DNA of 64,000 bases from an uncultured Bacilli bacterium (GCA_948479395.1 CAOLUI010000002.1:1282-65281), one strand, 5' to 3'; positions 29,777 through 39,591 are shown, counted from the first letter of the stretch. Numbers and translations: made by a program. Notes: a model not told the origin generated them from the letters alone.

Positions 29777-31756
29777 ATGGAGTTAAAGGATTTAAAAAAA
29801 GTTGGGCCCAAAACAATAGAGTGTTTAAATAAATTAAATATTTATTCTATTGATGATTTAATTTTTTATTATCCTTATCGATATAATATTTATAAACCAG
29901 TTGATATTATAAAAGAAGATTTAACAGATACCATAACAATTAATGCTGTAATTGAGTCAATTCCTAAAATTGTTTATATAAGAAAAAATTTAAATCGTAT
30001 TTCTTTTCAAGCCTTAACGAATAATTTAGTGATTAATGTATCGATTTTTAATAGGGCTTTTTTAAGTTCTAATTTAAAAGTAGGAAAAAATATAATTCTA
30101 ATTGGAAGATATGAAAGAAAAAAAAATAATTTTGTAGCTAGTGATTTGAAATTTGGTTGGATTAAAGATTTAAAAATTGAGCCAGTTTATCATGTTATTA
30201 AGGGTTTAAAAAATACTAATTTAAATTCTTATATTGTAGAAGCTTTAAAAAATAAGCAGGAAGTTGTAGACTATGTTCCAGATTATTTAAATAATGCTTA
30301 TAATTTTATAGAAAAAAAAGAAGCGTTGGATTTTATTCATCAACCTTGTAATTTTGAACAAATAAAAAAAGCTAAGTTAAAGTTAATTTATGAAGAATTG
30401 TTTTTATTTATGTTAAAAATAAATTTTTTAAAAGTGGATAATGAAAAAATAAAAGGGTTACCTCGAAATTTTGATATGGAAAAAGTAAATGATTTTATAG
30501 ATAATTTACCATTTTTATTAACTCTTGATCAACAAAAAGCGATAATTGATTGTTTAAATGATCTAAGGAGTCAAAAAAGAATGAACCGATTAGTTCAAGG
30601 GGACGTAGGAAGTGGTAAAACTATTGTATCTATTGTTGTAATGTATGCTAATGCTTTGAGTGCTTATCAAAGTGCTTTAATGGCACCTACAGAAATTTTA
30701 GCAATTCAACATTATGAAAATATCAAAAAGTTGATGGGTATTTATAATATTAAAGTAGCTCTTTTAGTAGGAAATCAGAAGAAAAGTGAACGAAAGGAAA
30801 TCTTAGAAAAATTACAACGTGGTGAAATAGATATTATTATTGGAACTCATGCTTTAATTAGTGATAATGTCGAGTTTAAAAATTTGGGATTAGTTGTTAC
30901 AGATGAACAACATCGTTTTGGAGTAAATCAAAGAAATAATTTACATAATAAAGGGGTAAAACCAGATATTATTTATATGAGTGCCACACCTATTCCACGT
31001 ACTTATGCACTTACTATATATAACGATATGGATACTAGTATTATTAAAACAAAACCAAGCGGTAGAAAAGAAATTAAAACTTTTTTGAAAAAGGAAAGTG
31101 AATTGAAAGATGTTTTAAAGGAAATTTTAAAGGAAATTAAAAAGGGTCATCAAATTTATGTAGTTGCTCCAGCTATTAATGAAGAAAATGAAGAGGTGTG
31201 GAATGTCAATGCTTTAAAGAAAAGTTTTGATAAAGCTTTTTTGGAAAATGTTAAAATAAGTATATTACATGGTAAAATGAAGGCTCAAGAGAAAGAAGAA
31301 ATAATGCAAGCATTTAAAGCAGGAGAGATTAAAATTTTGATTGCCACAACTGTTATCGAGGTTGGTGTAGATGTTAAAAATGCCACAACCATTGTTATTT
31401 TTAATGCTGAAAGATATGGACTAGCTACATTACATCAATTACGGGGAAGAGTGGGAAGGAATGAAATAGATTCTTATTGTTATTTGATTAGTAATAAAGA
31501 TGTAGATCGCTTAAAAGTTTTGGAACAAAGTAATGATGGTTTTTATATTAGCGAACAAGATTTTTTGATGAGACGAGAAGGGGATTTATTTGGAACAAGA
31601 CAAAGTGGGGATATGGTATTTAAAATTGCGGATTTAAGAAAGGATTTTAAAATTCTTTTACAAGCTAAAAAAGATAGTGAAAAATTTTTAAAAGAAGGAA
31701 ATCATAAAGAGGCAAAATATATGAATATCTTGAATAATATTACTACTATTGATTAA
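29777..31756 (+). CDS. recG: ATP-dependent DNA helicase RecG
   Basis: Walker A GDVGSGKT and DEQHRFGV box, with an N-terminal wedge domain; 659 aa. Confidence 0.9.
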   Translation: MELKDLKKVGPKTIECLNKLNIYSIDDLIFYYPYRYNIYKPVDIIKEDLTDTITINAVIESIPKIVYIRKNLNRISFQALTNNLVINVSIFNRAFLSSNLKVGKNIILIGRYERKKNNFVASDLKFGWIKDLKIEPVYHVIKGLKNTNLNSYIVEALKNKQEVVDYVPDYLNNAYNFIEKKEALDFIHQPCNFEQIKKAKLKLIYEELFLFMLKINFLKVDNEKIKGLPRNFDMEKVNDFIDNLPFLLTLDQQKAIIDCLNDLRSQKRMNRLVQGDVGSGKTIVSIVVMYANALSAYQSALMAPTEILAIQHYENIKKLMGIYNIKVALLVGNQKKSERKEILEKLQRGEIDIIIGTHALISDNVEFKNLGLVVTDEQHRFGVNQRNNLHNKGVKPDIIYMSATPIPRTYALTIYNDMDTSIIKTKPSGRKEIKTFLKKESELKDVLKEILKEIKKGHQIYVVAPAINEENEEVWNVNALKKSFDKAFLENVKISILHGKMKAQEKEEIMQAFKAGEIKILIATTVIEVGVDVKNATTIVIFNAERYGLATLHQLRGRVGRNEIDSYCYLISNKDVDRLKVLEQSNDGFYISEQDFLMRREGDLFGTRQSGDMVFKIADLRKDFKILLQAKKDSEKFLKEGNHKEAKYMNILNNITTID

Positions 31757-31797
31757 ATATAAATTATAAAATATAATTTAATTAGATAGAGGAAAAA

Positions 31798-32415
31798 ATG
31801 AATAGATTAGATATTAAGAAAAAGGCAAAAGCTATTTTGAAAGAAAATTTTAAAGTGTTTTGGGAAGGATATTTAATTATTTTTGCATTATCTTTTGTAT
31901 TAAATTTAGGAATAGGATTAATTTTCGGTAGTTCCATGATTGGGACTGTTTTAAGTTTGGTTGCTTCATGTTTTTCAATGACTTTATCTGTTGGTTTTTA
32001 TTCTTATTTATTAAAAATGATTCGTAAGGAAAGTTTTTCACGAGAGGATATTTTTAAATTTATTAATAAAGTTTTGCCTATTATAGTAATTTCTTTATTA
32101 GTAGGGATATTTTGTTTTTTGTGGAGTATTTTGTTTATTATTCCTGGTATTATTGCAGCACTTAGTTACTCAATGGTATATTACATTTTTACAGAAAATT
32201 CTGAATTAACAGCTATGGATTATTTGGAAAAAAGTAAAAAAATGATGAATGGTTATAAGTTGGACTATTTTTTGTTTAATTTAAGTTTTATGGGGTGGAT
32301 GATTTTATCAATTTTAACTTTGGGTTTATTATTAATTTGGACTTTACCTTATTTTTCAATTTCACAAGCTTTATATTATGATGAGCTTAAGAAAAAAAAT
32401 GTTGATAACTTATAA
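31798..32415 (+). CDS. DUF975-family membrane protein
   Basis: 205 aa with 4 TM segments and the DUF975-like architecture. Confidence 0.5.
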   Translation: MNRLDIKKKAKAILKENFKVFWEGYLIIFALSFVLNLGIGLIFGSSMIGTVLSLVASCFSMTLSVGFYSYLLKMIRKESFSREDIFKFINKVLPIIVISLLVGIFCFLWSILFIIPGIIAALSYSMVYYIFTENSELTAMDYLEKSKKMMNGYKLDYFLFNLSFMGWMILSILTLGLLLIWTLPYFSISQALYYDELKKKNVDNL

Positions 32416-32475
32416 ATTTACAAAATCTGGAAGAATTTATTTGACAAAGTGCGTTTTTCATTATATCATTTTATT

Positions 32476-32590
32476 AGCATGATAGATATCATGCTAACCT
32501 TTCGAAACACTTTTACGATTTTATGTAAAAGTGAATCAACCAAAACCCCCTGAAGAGTAGAACGATTTAAAGTTCTGCTCATTTTTTTGG
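32476..32590 (+). ncRNA. Candidate small RNA (~115 nt) with a C-rich single-stranded motif; putative integration target of the island
   Basis: TTGACA(32441)-17 nt-TATCAT promoter; perfect 10-bp hairpin tagcatgata-GA-tatcatgcta (32475-32496); 9-bp hairpin cacttttac/gtaaaagtg (32508-32533); single-stranded ACCAAAACCCCCUGAAGAG; 9-bp terminator stem (32555-32580) plus U7. Its 3' portion recurs at the module junctions in the island. Confidence 0.45.
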
Positions 32591-32647
32591 CTTAAAATAA
32601 GGGCTTGTAAAAATTAACATTTAATAATTTTTCCTCTCAACTACCAA

Positions 32648-33793
32648 CTAACTACCAAAATCGACTATCGTAGGTTGAGGACAAGTTAGTTTATTTATAG
32701 TATTTACTGCATCACTAAGTTTATCTTTGAACATGTGAGTGTAGGTATCTAAGGTTTCTTCGATGGATGCATGACCTAAGAATTGAGATACAACTGCTAT
32801 ATTAGCATTGTTATTTATTAGTAAAGATGCACAACTGTGTCTAAAGTCATGTAATCTTATTCTTTTGATATTAGCATTTCTAGCAATTTCTATGTTCTTA
32901 TGCCTCATTTGATAGAAAGTTATAGGAATGAAATTTCCAAATATAAACCATTCATCATCAAACTCAGCAAATTGTTTCTGTTCTTCATATAATTGTTTTA
33001 AATCTCTAAAAAGAATTTCAGCAATAGGTAAAACCCTGTTGCTTTTTTGCGTTTTAGGTTTGGTTAATTCATAGTAGGTGGAATTTTCAGAGCCATGAGT
33101 TACTGCTTGTTTGGTAACTGATAATCTTTTATCACTCCAATTAACATCTTTCCATTGTAAGCCTCTAGCTTCACCTCTGCGAAGTCCGCAATAATATAAA
33201 GTTTCATACATACACTTAATTTGTAAGTTAGGTGCAGAAGATATAAATTGATTAAATTCTTCTAAAGTATAAAAGTCCATTTCTTTTTTTATATCTGATG
33301 CCGAAGTAAAAGGTTCCATTCTCCCATAAAACTTATTCATATTGAATCCATAGGTTTTAACAGCCCAATTAATGACTATCTTTAAAAACTTCTGAATTTC
33401 ATTTTTATAACTATTTGAAATGTCTACTTTCATCATTTCAGCTCTCCATTTTTGATAATGAATAGCATCCATATCTTTTAATTTAACTTTATCAAACATT
33501 CCAATATACTTAATTCTATCTCGATAAGTTTTTAAGGTAGAGTATCTTACAATATCTTTTTGAACCTCATAATATTTAGTGTATAACTCTTTGAAGGTCA
33601 TATTCATATCACCTTCAAAGACCTCAGACATTTTTAAATATTCTTTTTCAGCACGCTTGGCTTCTGCTTCCGTTTTGTATGCTTTAGAAAACTTTTTGCG
33701 TTTTTTGCCATCCAAACCGGTCTCCCAAACATACCAAATATATTTTCGACCATCTTTGGTCCATTTCTTTTCTTCTAATAGTCTAACTGCCAT
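32648..33793 (-). CDS. int: Tyrosine site-specific integrase (IME module 1)
   Basis: C-terminal catalytic box HDFRHSCASLLI...LGHASIEETLDTYTHMF (R..HxxR..Y), plus an N-terminal SAM-like domain. Confidence 0.9.
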   Translation of the reverse strand: MAVRLLEEKKWTKDGRKYIWYVWETGLDGKKRKKFSKAYKTEAEAKRAEKEYLKMSEVFEGDMNMTFKELYTKYYEVQKDIVRYSTLKTYRDRIKYIGMFDKVKLKDMDAIHYQKWRAEMMKVDISNSYKNEIQKFLKIVINWAVKTYGFNMNKFYGRMEPFTSASDIKKEMDFYTLEEFNQFISSAPNLQIKCMYETLYYCGLRRGEARGLQWKDVNWSDKRLSVTKQAVTHGSENSTYYELTKPKTQKSNRVLPIAEILFRDLKQLYEEQKQFAEFDDEWFIFGNFIPITFYQMRHKNIEIARNANIKRIRLHDFRHSCASLLINNNANIAVVSQFLGHASIEETLDTYTHMFKDKLSDAVNTINKLTCPQPTIVDFGS

Positions 33794-33888
33794 TATAATT
33801 CCTCCTTTGCTTAGTTTAGACTATTCACGCACTTCAATTGGTAGTTTACCATATTTAGTAGTGTTCTCCAATAGAAGTGCTGATAGTT

Positions 33889-35367
33889 CTATCTTTCTAT
33901 TTCAAAATCCTCTTTATTTTTATTGTTTTTACCATAATAACCATGATTAATAGCATCTGCTATAACTTCATAATCTTCTAATCTTTCTTTAGGCTTATCT
34001 CGTTTTAATACTTTGTCTATTGCCTTACACATTTTTTGGAATAGATTTTTCCACTTATTAACTTCGGTTTCTAATTTAGATTTTAAACTCTCAATATTAT
34101 TATTCAAAATATCTACTAATTCACTTAATTTACTAATTTCCTCTTTTTGCTCTTGGATAGTAGATTTTTGCTCTTTAATAATCTCGTTTCTTTTTAGGAG
34201 TTCTTTATTGTTTTTAAAAGTCTTATTTTCTTCAGTCAGTTTATTTATTTCTATATCTTTATTGGTATTATCAGTAGATAAGATAATTATCTTATGCTCT
34301 AAGCCTCTTGTGTACTTTATGAATCTAAGAACATCATCATCTTTATATCCACCAAATTTTCTTTTAACAGGATTTAAAATTTCTTTGTTACTATCATTAT
34401 TTTCGATATTTTTAAGCCCATTTTTAGAGTTTTCTATAATCTTTAAGGTATTTTCCTTTTCTTTGTTTAATTCTTCTAATTCGGCTTTTTTCTCTGCTAT
34501 ATCGTAATCTAATTTAGTTTGATTTTCTTTATTACTTCCAATATCTCCACGATAGAGATTAAATCCTTTTTCAGTAATAAACTTATTGAAGTCATTTTGC
34601 ATTTGATGAAAAGATATTTTGCCACCTCTATCTTTCCAAAATTGATCACAATTCAAGAAGTTACCTTTGACTTCTTCATATACAATTTTTCCTTTATCAT
34701 CACGAAGTAATTTTGGATTAATAGTAGTAATACCTTTTTTATTTGTTGTTTCTTCTTTTACAACATTACCATTAGCATCTTTTACAAAGCACTTCCTTTT
34801 AACTTTTCTAACAACAGGAACAAAATAGGCTTGTAGGTGAGGTGTATCTTCATCATAATGAATTTGAGCAAGAAGTATATTTTCTTCACCTACATAGTTC
34901 TTTAAAAACTCCATACAGGAATCAAAAAAGTAAGTTACAGCATTTGGTATATCTTCCTTTGATTTTATAACAGGAATCATTACAGCTTGTCCTTTTTTAT
35001 CTCCTGTATGATAAGTTCTACCACTATCTTTAAATTTCATTCCAAGTGCTTGAAAAAACTCAGGACCACTTGTGAATGTTACACCATTTAATAGATTAGT
35101 GTTAGGTCTATCTAGATATTCAATTTTTCTATCCTTTAACTTCTTTTTGACTTCTTGATATAAGTTGTTTTGAGTAAGAGATACATATTCATAATTAAAT
35201 TCTCTTCGTTCAATATCATAATTTCCTGTACCTTTTCTATCCTTCATTTCAACACCGATATTATAAAGGTCTGCTTTCTTATATTGGGTTACTACTCGTA
35301 CTACTTGTTTGCCATCATACAATTTTTTATCCTCCTTTGCTTCTGTGTCTTTAGTAGTAGAGGTCAT
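33889..35367 (-). CDS. mob: MobV-family (Mob_Pre / MobM-like) mobilization relaxase (module 1)
   Basis: HxDExxPHxH motif (HYDEDTPHLQAYF) and an N-terminal relaxase fold, with a long coiled-coil C-terminus. Confidence 0.8.
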   Translation of the reverse strand: MTSTTKDTEAKEDKKLYDGKQVVRVVTQYKKADLYNIGVEMKDRKGTGNYDIERREFNYEYVSLTQNNLYQEVKKKLKDRKIEYLDRPNTNLLNGVTFTSGPEFFQALGMKFKDSGRTYHTGDKKGQAVMIPVIKSKEDIPNAVTYFFDSCMEFLKNYVGEENILLAQIHYDEDTPHLQAYFVPVVRKVKRKCFVKDANGNVVKEETTNKKGITTINPKLLRDDKGKIVYEEVKGNFLNCDQFWKDRGGKISFHQMQNDFNKFITEKGFNLYRGDIGSNKENQTKLDYDIAEKKAELEELNKEKENTLKIIENSKNGLKNIENNDSNKEILNPVKRKFGGYKDDDVLRFIKYTRGLEHKIIILSTDNTNKDIEINKLTEENKTFKNNKELLKRNEIIKEQKSTIQEQKEEISKLSELVDILNNNIESLKSKLETEVNKWKNLFQKMCKAIDKVLKRDKPKERLEDYEVIADAINHGYYGKNNKNKEDFEIER

Positions 35368-35379
35368 TTATTGACCTAT

Positions 35380-35440
35380 CTCACTAGGGCATAGCCCAAT
35401 CGTCAGTTTAAGGGTTCACCCTTAAAAATCCCAAAATAAT
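35380..35440 (-). other. Candidate oriT of module 1
   Basis: Block tgacctatctcactagggcatagcccaatcgt, identical to the one upstream of the second mob gene. It contains the gggc-ata-gccc inverted repeat and is followed by the perfect palindrome ttaagggt-tc-acccttaa. Confidence 0.5.
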
Positions 35441-35502
35441 CACTATCGCCACTTTCATTGCTTTGCAACAAAACGTGCCTCGTTCTTATTTTTAGAAGAT
35501 GA

Positions 35503-36459
35503 TTATTCATCATCTTCGAGGTTAGGTTCTTCATATATACAATGATAAATTCTTTTATCACTTGTTCTGCTCTTAGTTATATAAAGTCCTTCTCTTTGTA
35601 ATAAATCCATATTTGCATTTATCATTCTTCCGAATCGTAATGCTGTTGTTTTTAATTTAGCATCATGAATTATACTAGTAGGAGTAAATTCAAAGTCTTT
35701 CTTTAACGATACATATTTGATAAAGAGTATTAAGTTCTCATCAAGTTCATCATCTTCAACAGGATTACTTATTTTAAAGGTTTGATTTTCGTTTCTTTTT
35801 AAATCCATATCAAATCCAGGAAAATCTCTATTAATTACTTTCATAATTAAATGATTATGGTCATTTCTAGTTTCAAACAAAGTTATTTTCCCATCTATAC
35901 AAGCATCAAAAGCTGTACTACCTAATGTTTCATTTCTTTTATTTAAGTGATGTGTAAATAATATTGTGAGATTATATTTCTCACATAATTCTCTTAACTT
36001 AGGTATTAACTTTTGTGCTACATCTTGAAAATCATTTATATCGTAAGAGATACCTAAATCCATATCTTTAAGCATATCAATGATTACTAATTTATTTGCT
36101 GTTTTATCACCTGAAAAATCATCAATCTCTTCTTCATGGTCAAGTATGCTTATATTAGGTTTTCCATCTCTATCTATAATGAATAAAGAATCCTTTTTTG
36201 GAGTTAGACCTAGTGTTTTATAGCGGTCCTGTAATTGACCAAAATCGGACTCTGTGCTAATATATAAGACAGGTGATGGAATTACTTTGTGTCCTAAAAA
36301 TGGTAATCCATTGGTAAGACAGTAGGAAAGTTGCAGTGCCAACATAGACTTTCCTACTTTAGGTTTTGATACAAGTAAATAAACACCTTTAGACCTCATT
36401 AATCCTTCGATTATGATGTCTTTTTTTGTGCTTGTATCTAATTCTTCAATTAGTTTCAT
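35503..36459 (-). CDS. AAA_25/RepA-like P-loop ATPase (putative replication or helicase-loader protein of the IME)
   Basis: Walker A SKPKVGKSM and Walker B LVIIDM; paralogous to 45794..46741. Confidence 0.6.
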   Translation of the reverse strand: MKLIEELDTSTKKDIIIEGLMRSKGVYLLVSKPKVGKSMLALQLSYCLTNGLPFLGHKVIPSPVLYISTESDFGQLQDRYKTLGLTPKKDSLFIIDRDGKPNISILDHEEEIDDFSGDKTANKLVIIDMLKDMDLGISYDINDFQDVAQKLIPKLRELCEKYNLTILFTHHLNKRNETLGSTAFDACIDGKITLFETRNDHNHLIMKVINRDFPGFDMDLKRNENQTFKISNPVEDDELDENLILFIKYVSLKKDFEFTPTSIIHDAKLKTTALRFGRMINANMDLLQREGLYITKSRTSDKRIYHCIYEEPNLEDDE

Positions 36460-36463
36460 ATCG

Positions 36464-36697
36464 TTATCCTTTCTTTATTCTAGATTCTAAATAACTAATA
36501 TTAATATCTAAATAATCTACAACTTCTTTCATAGGTACTACATGCTTTGGAACCATATAGCCTTGTTTGGTTAGTTTCTCTCTAATGTTTCTTTTAATCT
36601 TTAGAGCAGAGTTCCTACCAACTTGGCTAATCTTCATTAAATCTTCTAAACTACACCATTGTTTTGAAACGATTTCTAAAGTTTCCTCAGCAGTCAT
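36464..36697 (-). CDS. Small DNA-binding protein (excisionase/HTH-like)
   Basis: 77 aa and basic; it sits at the conserved position upstream of rep and is paralogous to 46754..46993. Confidence 0.4.
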   Translation of the reverse strand: MTAEETLEIVSKQWCSLEDLMKISQVGRNSALKIKRNIREKLTKQGYMVPKHVVPMKEVVDYLDINISYLESRIKKG

Positions 36698-36716
36698 TTT
36701 ATCCCTCCTTTCTATT

Positions 36717-36806
36717 TTGTAAGGTTAACCTTACAATTCTATTATGCAATAATTAAACTTTATTGTCAAGAAAAACTTACAAAATTGTTGTGAAAAACTT
36801 ACAGGA
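36717..36806. promoter_or_regulatory. Divergent control region of module 1: 20-bp perfect palindrome plus direct repeats
   Basis: Palindrome ttgtaaggtt/aaccttacaa at 36717-36736; direct repeats gaaaaacttaca at 36771 and 36795; extended -10 tgatataat before the XRE gene. Confidence 0.45.
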
Positions 36807-36863
36807 TATGATATAATGAATTTGGGATGATATTATACCCTAATAAACGAAGGAGTATTTTAT

Positions 36864-37388
36864 ATGGATAAAGAACTTACTTTAAAAGCTTTAATAGAAG
36901 GTGGAAGAGATGTAAAGAATTTTTCTCAAAGAGAACTAGCAAGAAGAATCGGTTTGAGTAATACATCTTTAAATGATCTTGAAAATGGAAAAGTTAAAAA
37001 GCCTGATATAGAGGTATTAAGAAAGATTGCTGAAGAACTTGATTTATCTTTAGAACAATTATTAAAAGCAGCAGGATATGATGCTTTAACAAATTGGTTT
37101 TCTAATGATGAATTTAAAAATAAATCTTCTAGAGATTTAAAAAATATTATTAAAGAAGCAAGAATTTTTAAATATGATATTTTGGATTGGGATAGCAATA
37201 AAAGAGAAGTAGCTAGACATGTAATGGAAAACTTAGATAGAGTAGCATACAAATTAGAACTAATAAGAGATAATAAAGGAATAAATTATACATTAGATCA
37301 AGCAATAGAAGATATTAAAGAATCGTTAAAAGATTTAGAAGATGTTGCTAAAAAATATGATTATAGCAAATTGCCTAAAGATGTGTAG
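36864..37388 (+). CDS. XRE-family HTH transcriptional regulator (module 1)
   Basis: HTH motif QRELARRIGLSNTSLNDLENGK. Confidence 0.75.
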   Translation: MDKELTLKALIEGGRDVKNFSQRELARRIGLSNTSLNDLENGKVKKPDIEVLRKIAEELDLSLEQLLKAAGYDALTNWFSNDEFKNKSSRDLKNIIKEARIFKYDILDWDSNKREVARHVMENLDRVAYKLELIRDNKGINYTLDQAIEDIKESLKDLEDVAKKYDYSKLPKDV

Positions 37389-37406
37389 AGAGTAGGAGGA
37401 AAACTA

Positions 37407-38096
37407 ATGAAAAACAAACCGATTATTGGAATTGTTTCAAAGCATTATGCAAAATATAAAGATAGTAGAACGGATACATTTGTAGGAGATGAATTAAAGC
37501 AAGCGGTTTTTGATAATGGTGGTGTAGCCATTGGAATTTTACCGACTGAGGATAAGATTAAATACAGTGGAGATCATTGGCATGATGATTTATCTAAAGT
37601 TGAAAAAGAAAACTTAATTTCTCAAATTAAACTATGTGATGGAATAATTTTACAAGGTGGAATTGAAACTGATAATTATGAAAGTATTGTTTCGAAATAT
37701 TGTTATGATAATGACATTCCCATATTAGGAATATGTGCAGGACAAAATAATATTGTTAGAGCATTAGGGGGAACGACATGTAAAATACCTAATCCTGAAA
37801 AGCACAATAAATCATTTTATGACTATGCTCATAACATAACAATTAATAAAGATTCGAAGTTTTTTTCTATAGTTAACACAGAGAGTATGCCTGTTAATTC
37901 CATACATCAACGAACAATTAATGAGTGTCCTTTATTAGAAAAAGTAGGATTTTGTGAAAACGGTTATCCAGATGTTGTTGAATCTAAAGATAAAAAATTT
38001 TATATAGGAGTTAGATTTCATCCAGAAAGTCTTTACAAGAAGAATGAATACCATAATAGAATATTTGAATATTTTATTAATTGCTGTAAGAAATAG
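37407..38096 (+). CDS. Class I glutamine amidotransferase-like / gamma-glutamyl hydrolase (peptidase C26) family protein
   Basis: LGICAGQ catalytic Cys motif and a downstream His (RFHPE). Confidence 0.65.
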   Translation: MKNKPIIGIVSKHYAKYKDSRTDTFVGDELKQAVFDNGGVAIGILPTEDKIKYSGDHWHDDLSKVEKENLISQIKLCDGIILQGGIETDNYESIVSKYCYDNDIPILGICAGQNNIVRALGGTTCKIPNPEKHNKSFYDYAHNITINKDSKFFSIVNTESMPVNSIHQRTINECPLLEKVGFCENGYPDVVESKDKKFYIGVRFHPESLYKKNEYHNRIFEYFINCCKK

Positions 38097-38105
38097 GAGG
38101 ATTGT

Positions 38106-38669
38106 ATGGAAGTTTTAAAAGCAATAGAAGAAAGAAGAAGTATTAGAGCATTTAAGAGTGATGAACCACCCAAAGAAATTATTGAAGATATACTTAATTG
38201 TGGGAGATTAGCACCATCTGCTAAAAATAGGCAACCTTGGTATTTTGTGATAGCAAGGAATGAGATTAAGGACAAGATAGCTGATTTAATGATTAATTAT
38301 ACACTTAATCATGATGATACTATTGAAAGAGCAAAAATAGGCTGTCCTAGTAGTGTTAATCCAACTGCCAATGTAATTAAACAAGCACCTATATTAGTTG
38401 TAGTATTAAGAGAAAAAAATGATAATTGGACAGTTGGAGATAATTTATCAATAGGTGCTTGTGTTGAAAATATTTGTTTAAGAGCAACAGATTTAGGTTT
38501 AGGAAGTTTATGGATAAGAGATACCGTTTATGTAGCTCAGGAAATAGCAGATCTTGTAAAACATGGTGATATGGAATTAAATTGTGCAGTAGCTTTAGGA
38601 TATGCTAATCAATCCCCAAAACAACGACCAAGAAAAAATTTAAATGAAATACTAGAATGGATTGGATAG
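38106..38669 (+). CDS. Nitroreductase family protein
   Basis: N-terminal RRSIRAF, PSAKNRQPW and a C-terminal dimerization region. Confidence 0.75.
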   Translation: MEVLKAIEERRSIRAFKSDEPPKEIIEDILNCGRLAPSAKNRQPWYFVIARNEIKDKIADLMINYTLNHDDTIERAKIGCPSSVNPTANVIKQAPILVVVLREKNDNWTVGDNLSIGACVENICLRATDLGLGSLWIRDTVYVAQEIADLVKHGDMELNCAVALGYANQSPKQRPRKNLNEILEWIG

Positions 38670-38675
38670 ATAAGT

Positions 38676-39173
38676 ATGAAGGTAGAATTAGCAAAAATAG
38701 AAGATTTAGATGCTATACATAAATTAATATATGATAGATGTTTATGGTTTTCAAAAAAAGGTGTAAAAGGTTGGAATATTAATTTTTATCCTAAAAAATA
38801 TAATCAAGATTATTTTAAAGAACAAATGAAAGTTAATCAATTATTCGTAGCAAAATCAAATAATAAAGTATGTGGCGTTATGCTATTAAAAGAAGAAGAT
38901 AAAGATTTTTGGAATGATAATAAACCTTGTTATTATATTCATCATTTAGCAACAGATATTAATCTAAAAGGTATAGGAAAATTATTATTAAACTATGCGA
39001 TAGAACAATGTAAAAAAGATAATAAAGAATGTTTGAGATTAGATTGTTATAAAACCAGTCAATTTCTTAATGATTATTATGAAAAAGTAGGCTTTAATAA
39101 TGTTGGAAGTGGAAACCTTGATGATTATAACTACAATTTATGGGAGATGAAAGTAATAAACAATGAAAAATAA
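38676..39173 (+). CDS. GNAT family N-acetyltransferase
   Basis: Acetyl-CoA motif region HHLATDINLKGIGKLLLNYAI. Confidence 0.6.
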   Translation: MKVELAKIEDLDAIHKLIYDRCLWFSKKGVKGWNINFYPKKYNQDYFKEQMKVNQLFVAKSNNKVCGVMLLKEEDKDFWNDNKPCYYIHHLATDINLKGIGKLLLNYAIEQCKKDNKECLRLDCYKTSQFLNDYYEKVGFNNVGSGNLDDYNYNLWEMKVINNEK

Positions 39174-39591
39174 TGTTATATATAAGGGCTATAAAATAAG
39201 GGTTAGATGTTTAGATTGGGAGCAAATAAATACTTTAGATAAATATTGGAAAACATTTACGAATTTTATTGAATCTGAAAAAATTATTGGGCTAGGTATG
39301 AATTGGACTGATGATTATTTATATTTTGACTATGCTATAGGTGTTATAAATGATGATGATACTTTTAATAAAATTCAAAATATTGATTTTTCTAGCACAG
39401 ATTTTAATGTTGAATATATTGAATTAAATTTATCTAATTTAAATGAATGGGAGACATTTAAAGGTAAGGATAGTGAAATTAAAGAAATATATGAAAATCA
39501 AATAGATTGCTATAATAGAAGTTATGATTATGAATTAGAGTACATTGATAGTAAAGGAAATATAGAAATCAAAATTCATTTTTTAAATTGA
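39163..39591 (+). CDS. Hypothetical protein
   Basis: 142-aa ORF overlapping the upstream stop codon; no recognizable motif. Confidence 0.35.
   Translation: MKNNVIYKGYKIRVRCLDWEQINTLDKYWKTFTNFIESEKIIGLGMNWTDDYLYFDYAIGVINDDDTFNKIQNIDFSSTDFNVEYIELNLSNLNEWETFKGKDSEIKEIYENQIDCYNRSYDYELEYIDSKGNIEIKIHFLN

Noticed and set aside
33579-34710. Plus-strand ORFs (123, 164 and 63 aa) across int1/mob1
   Set aside because: They are antisense to the integrase and relaxase genes. Their serine/leucine/phenylalanine-rich low-complexity translations are typical of the reverse frame of Lys/Glu-rich coiled-coil coding sequence.
35170-35394. Plus-strand 74-aa ORF at the mob1 5' end
   Set aside because: Antisense to the mob1 start and oriT region; no RBS.
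36926-37252. Minus-strand 108-aa ORF antisense to the XRE regulator
   Set aside because: It lies entirely within a supported plus-strand CDS.
38033-38275. Minus-strand 80-aa ORF across the GATase/nitroreductase junction
   Set aside because: It is antisense to two well-supported genes.
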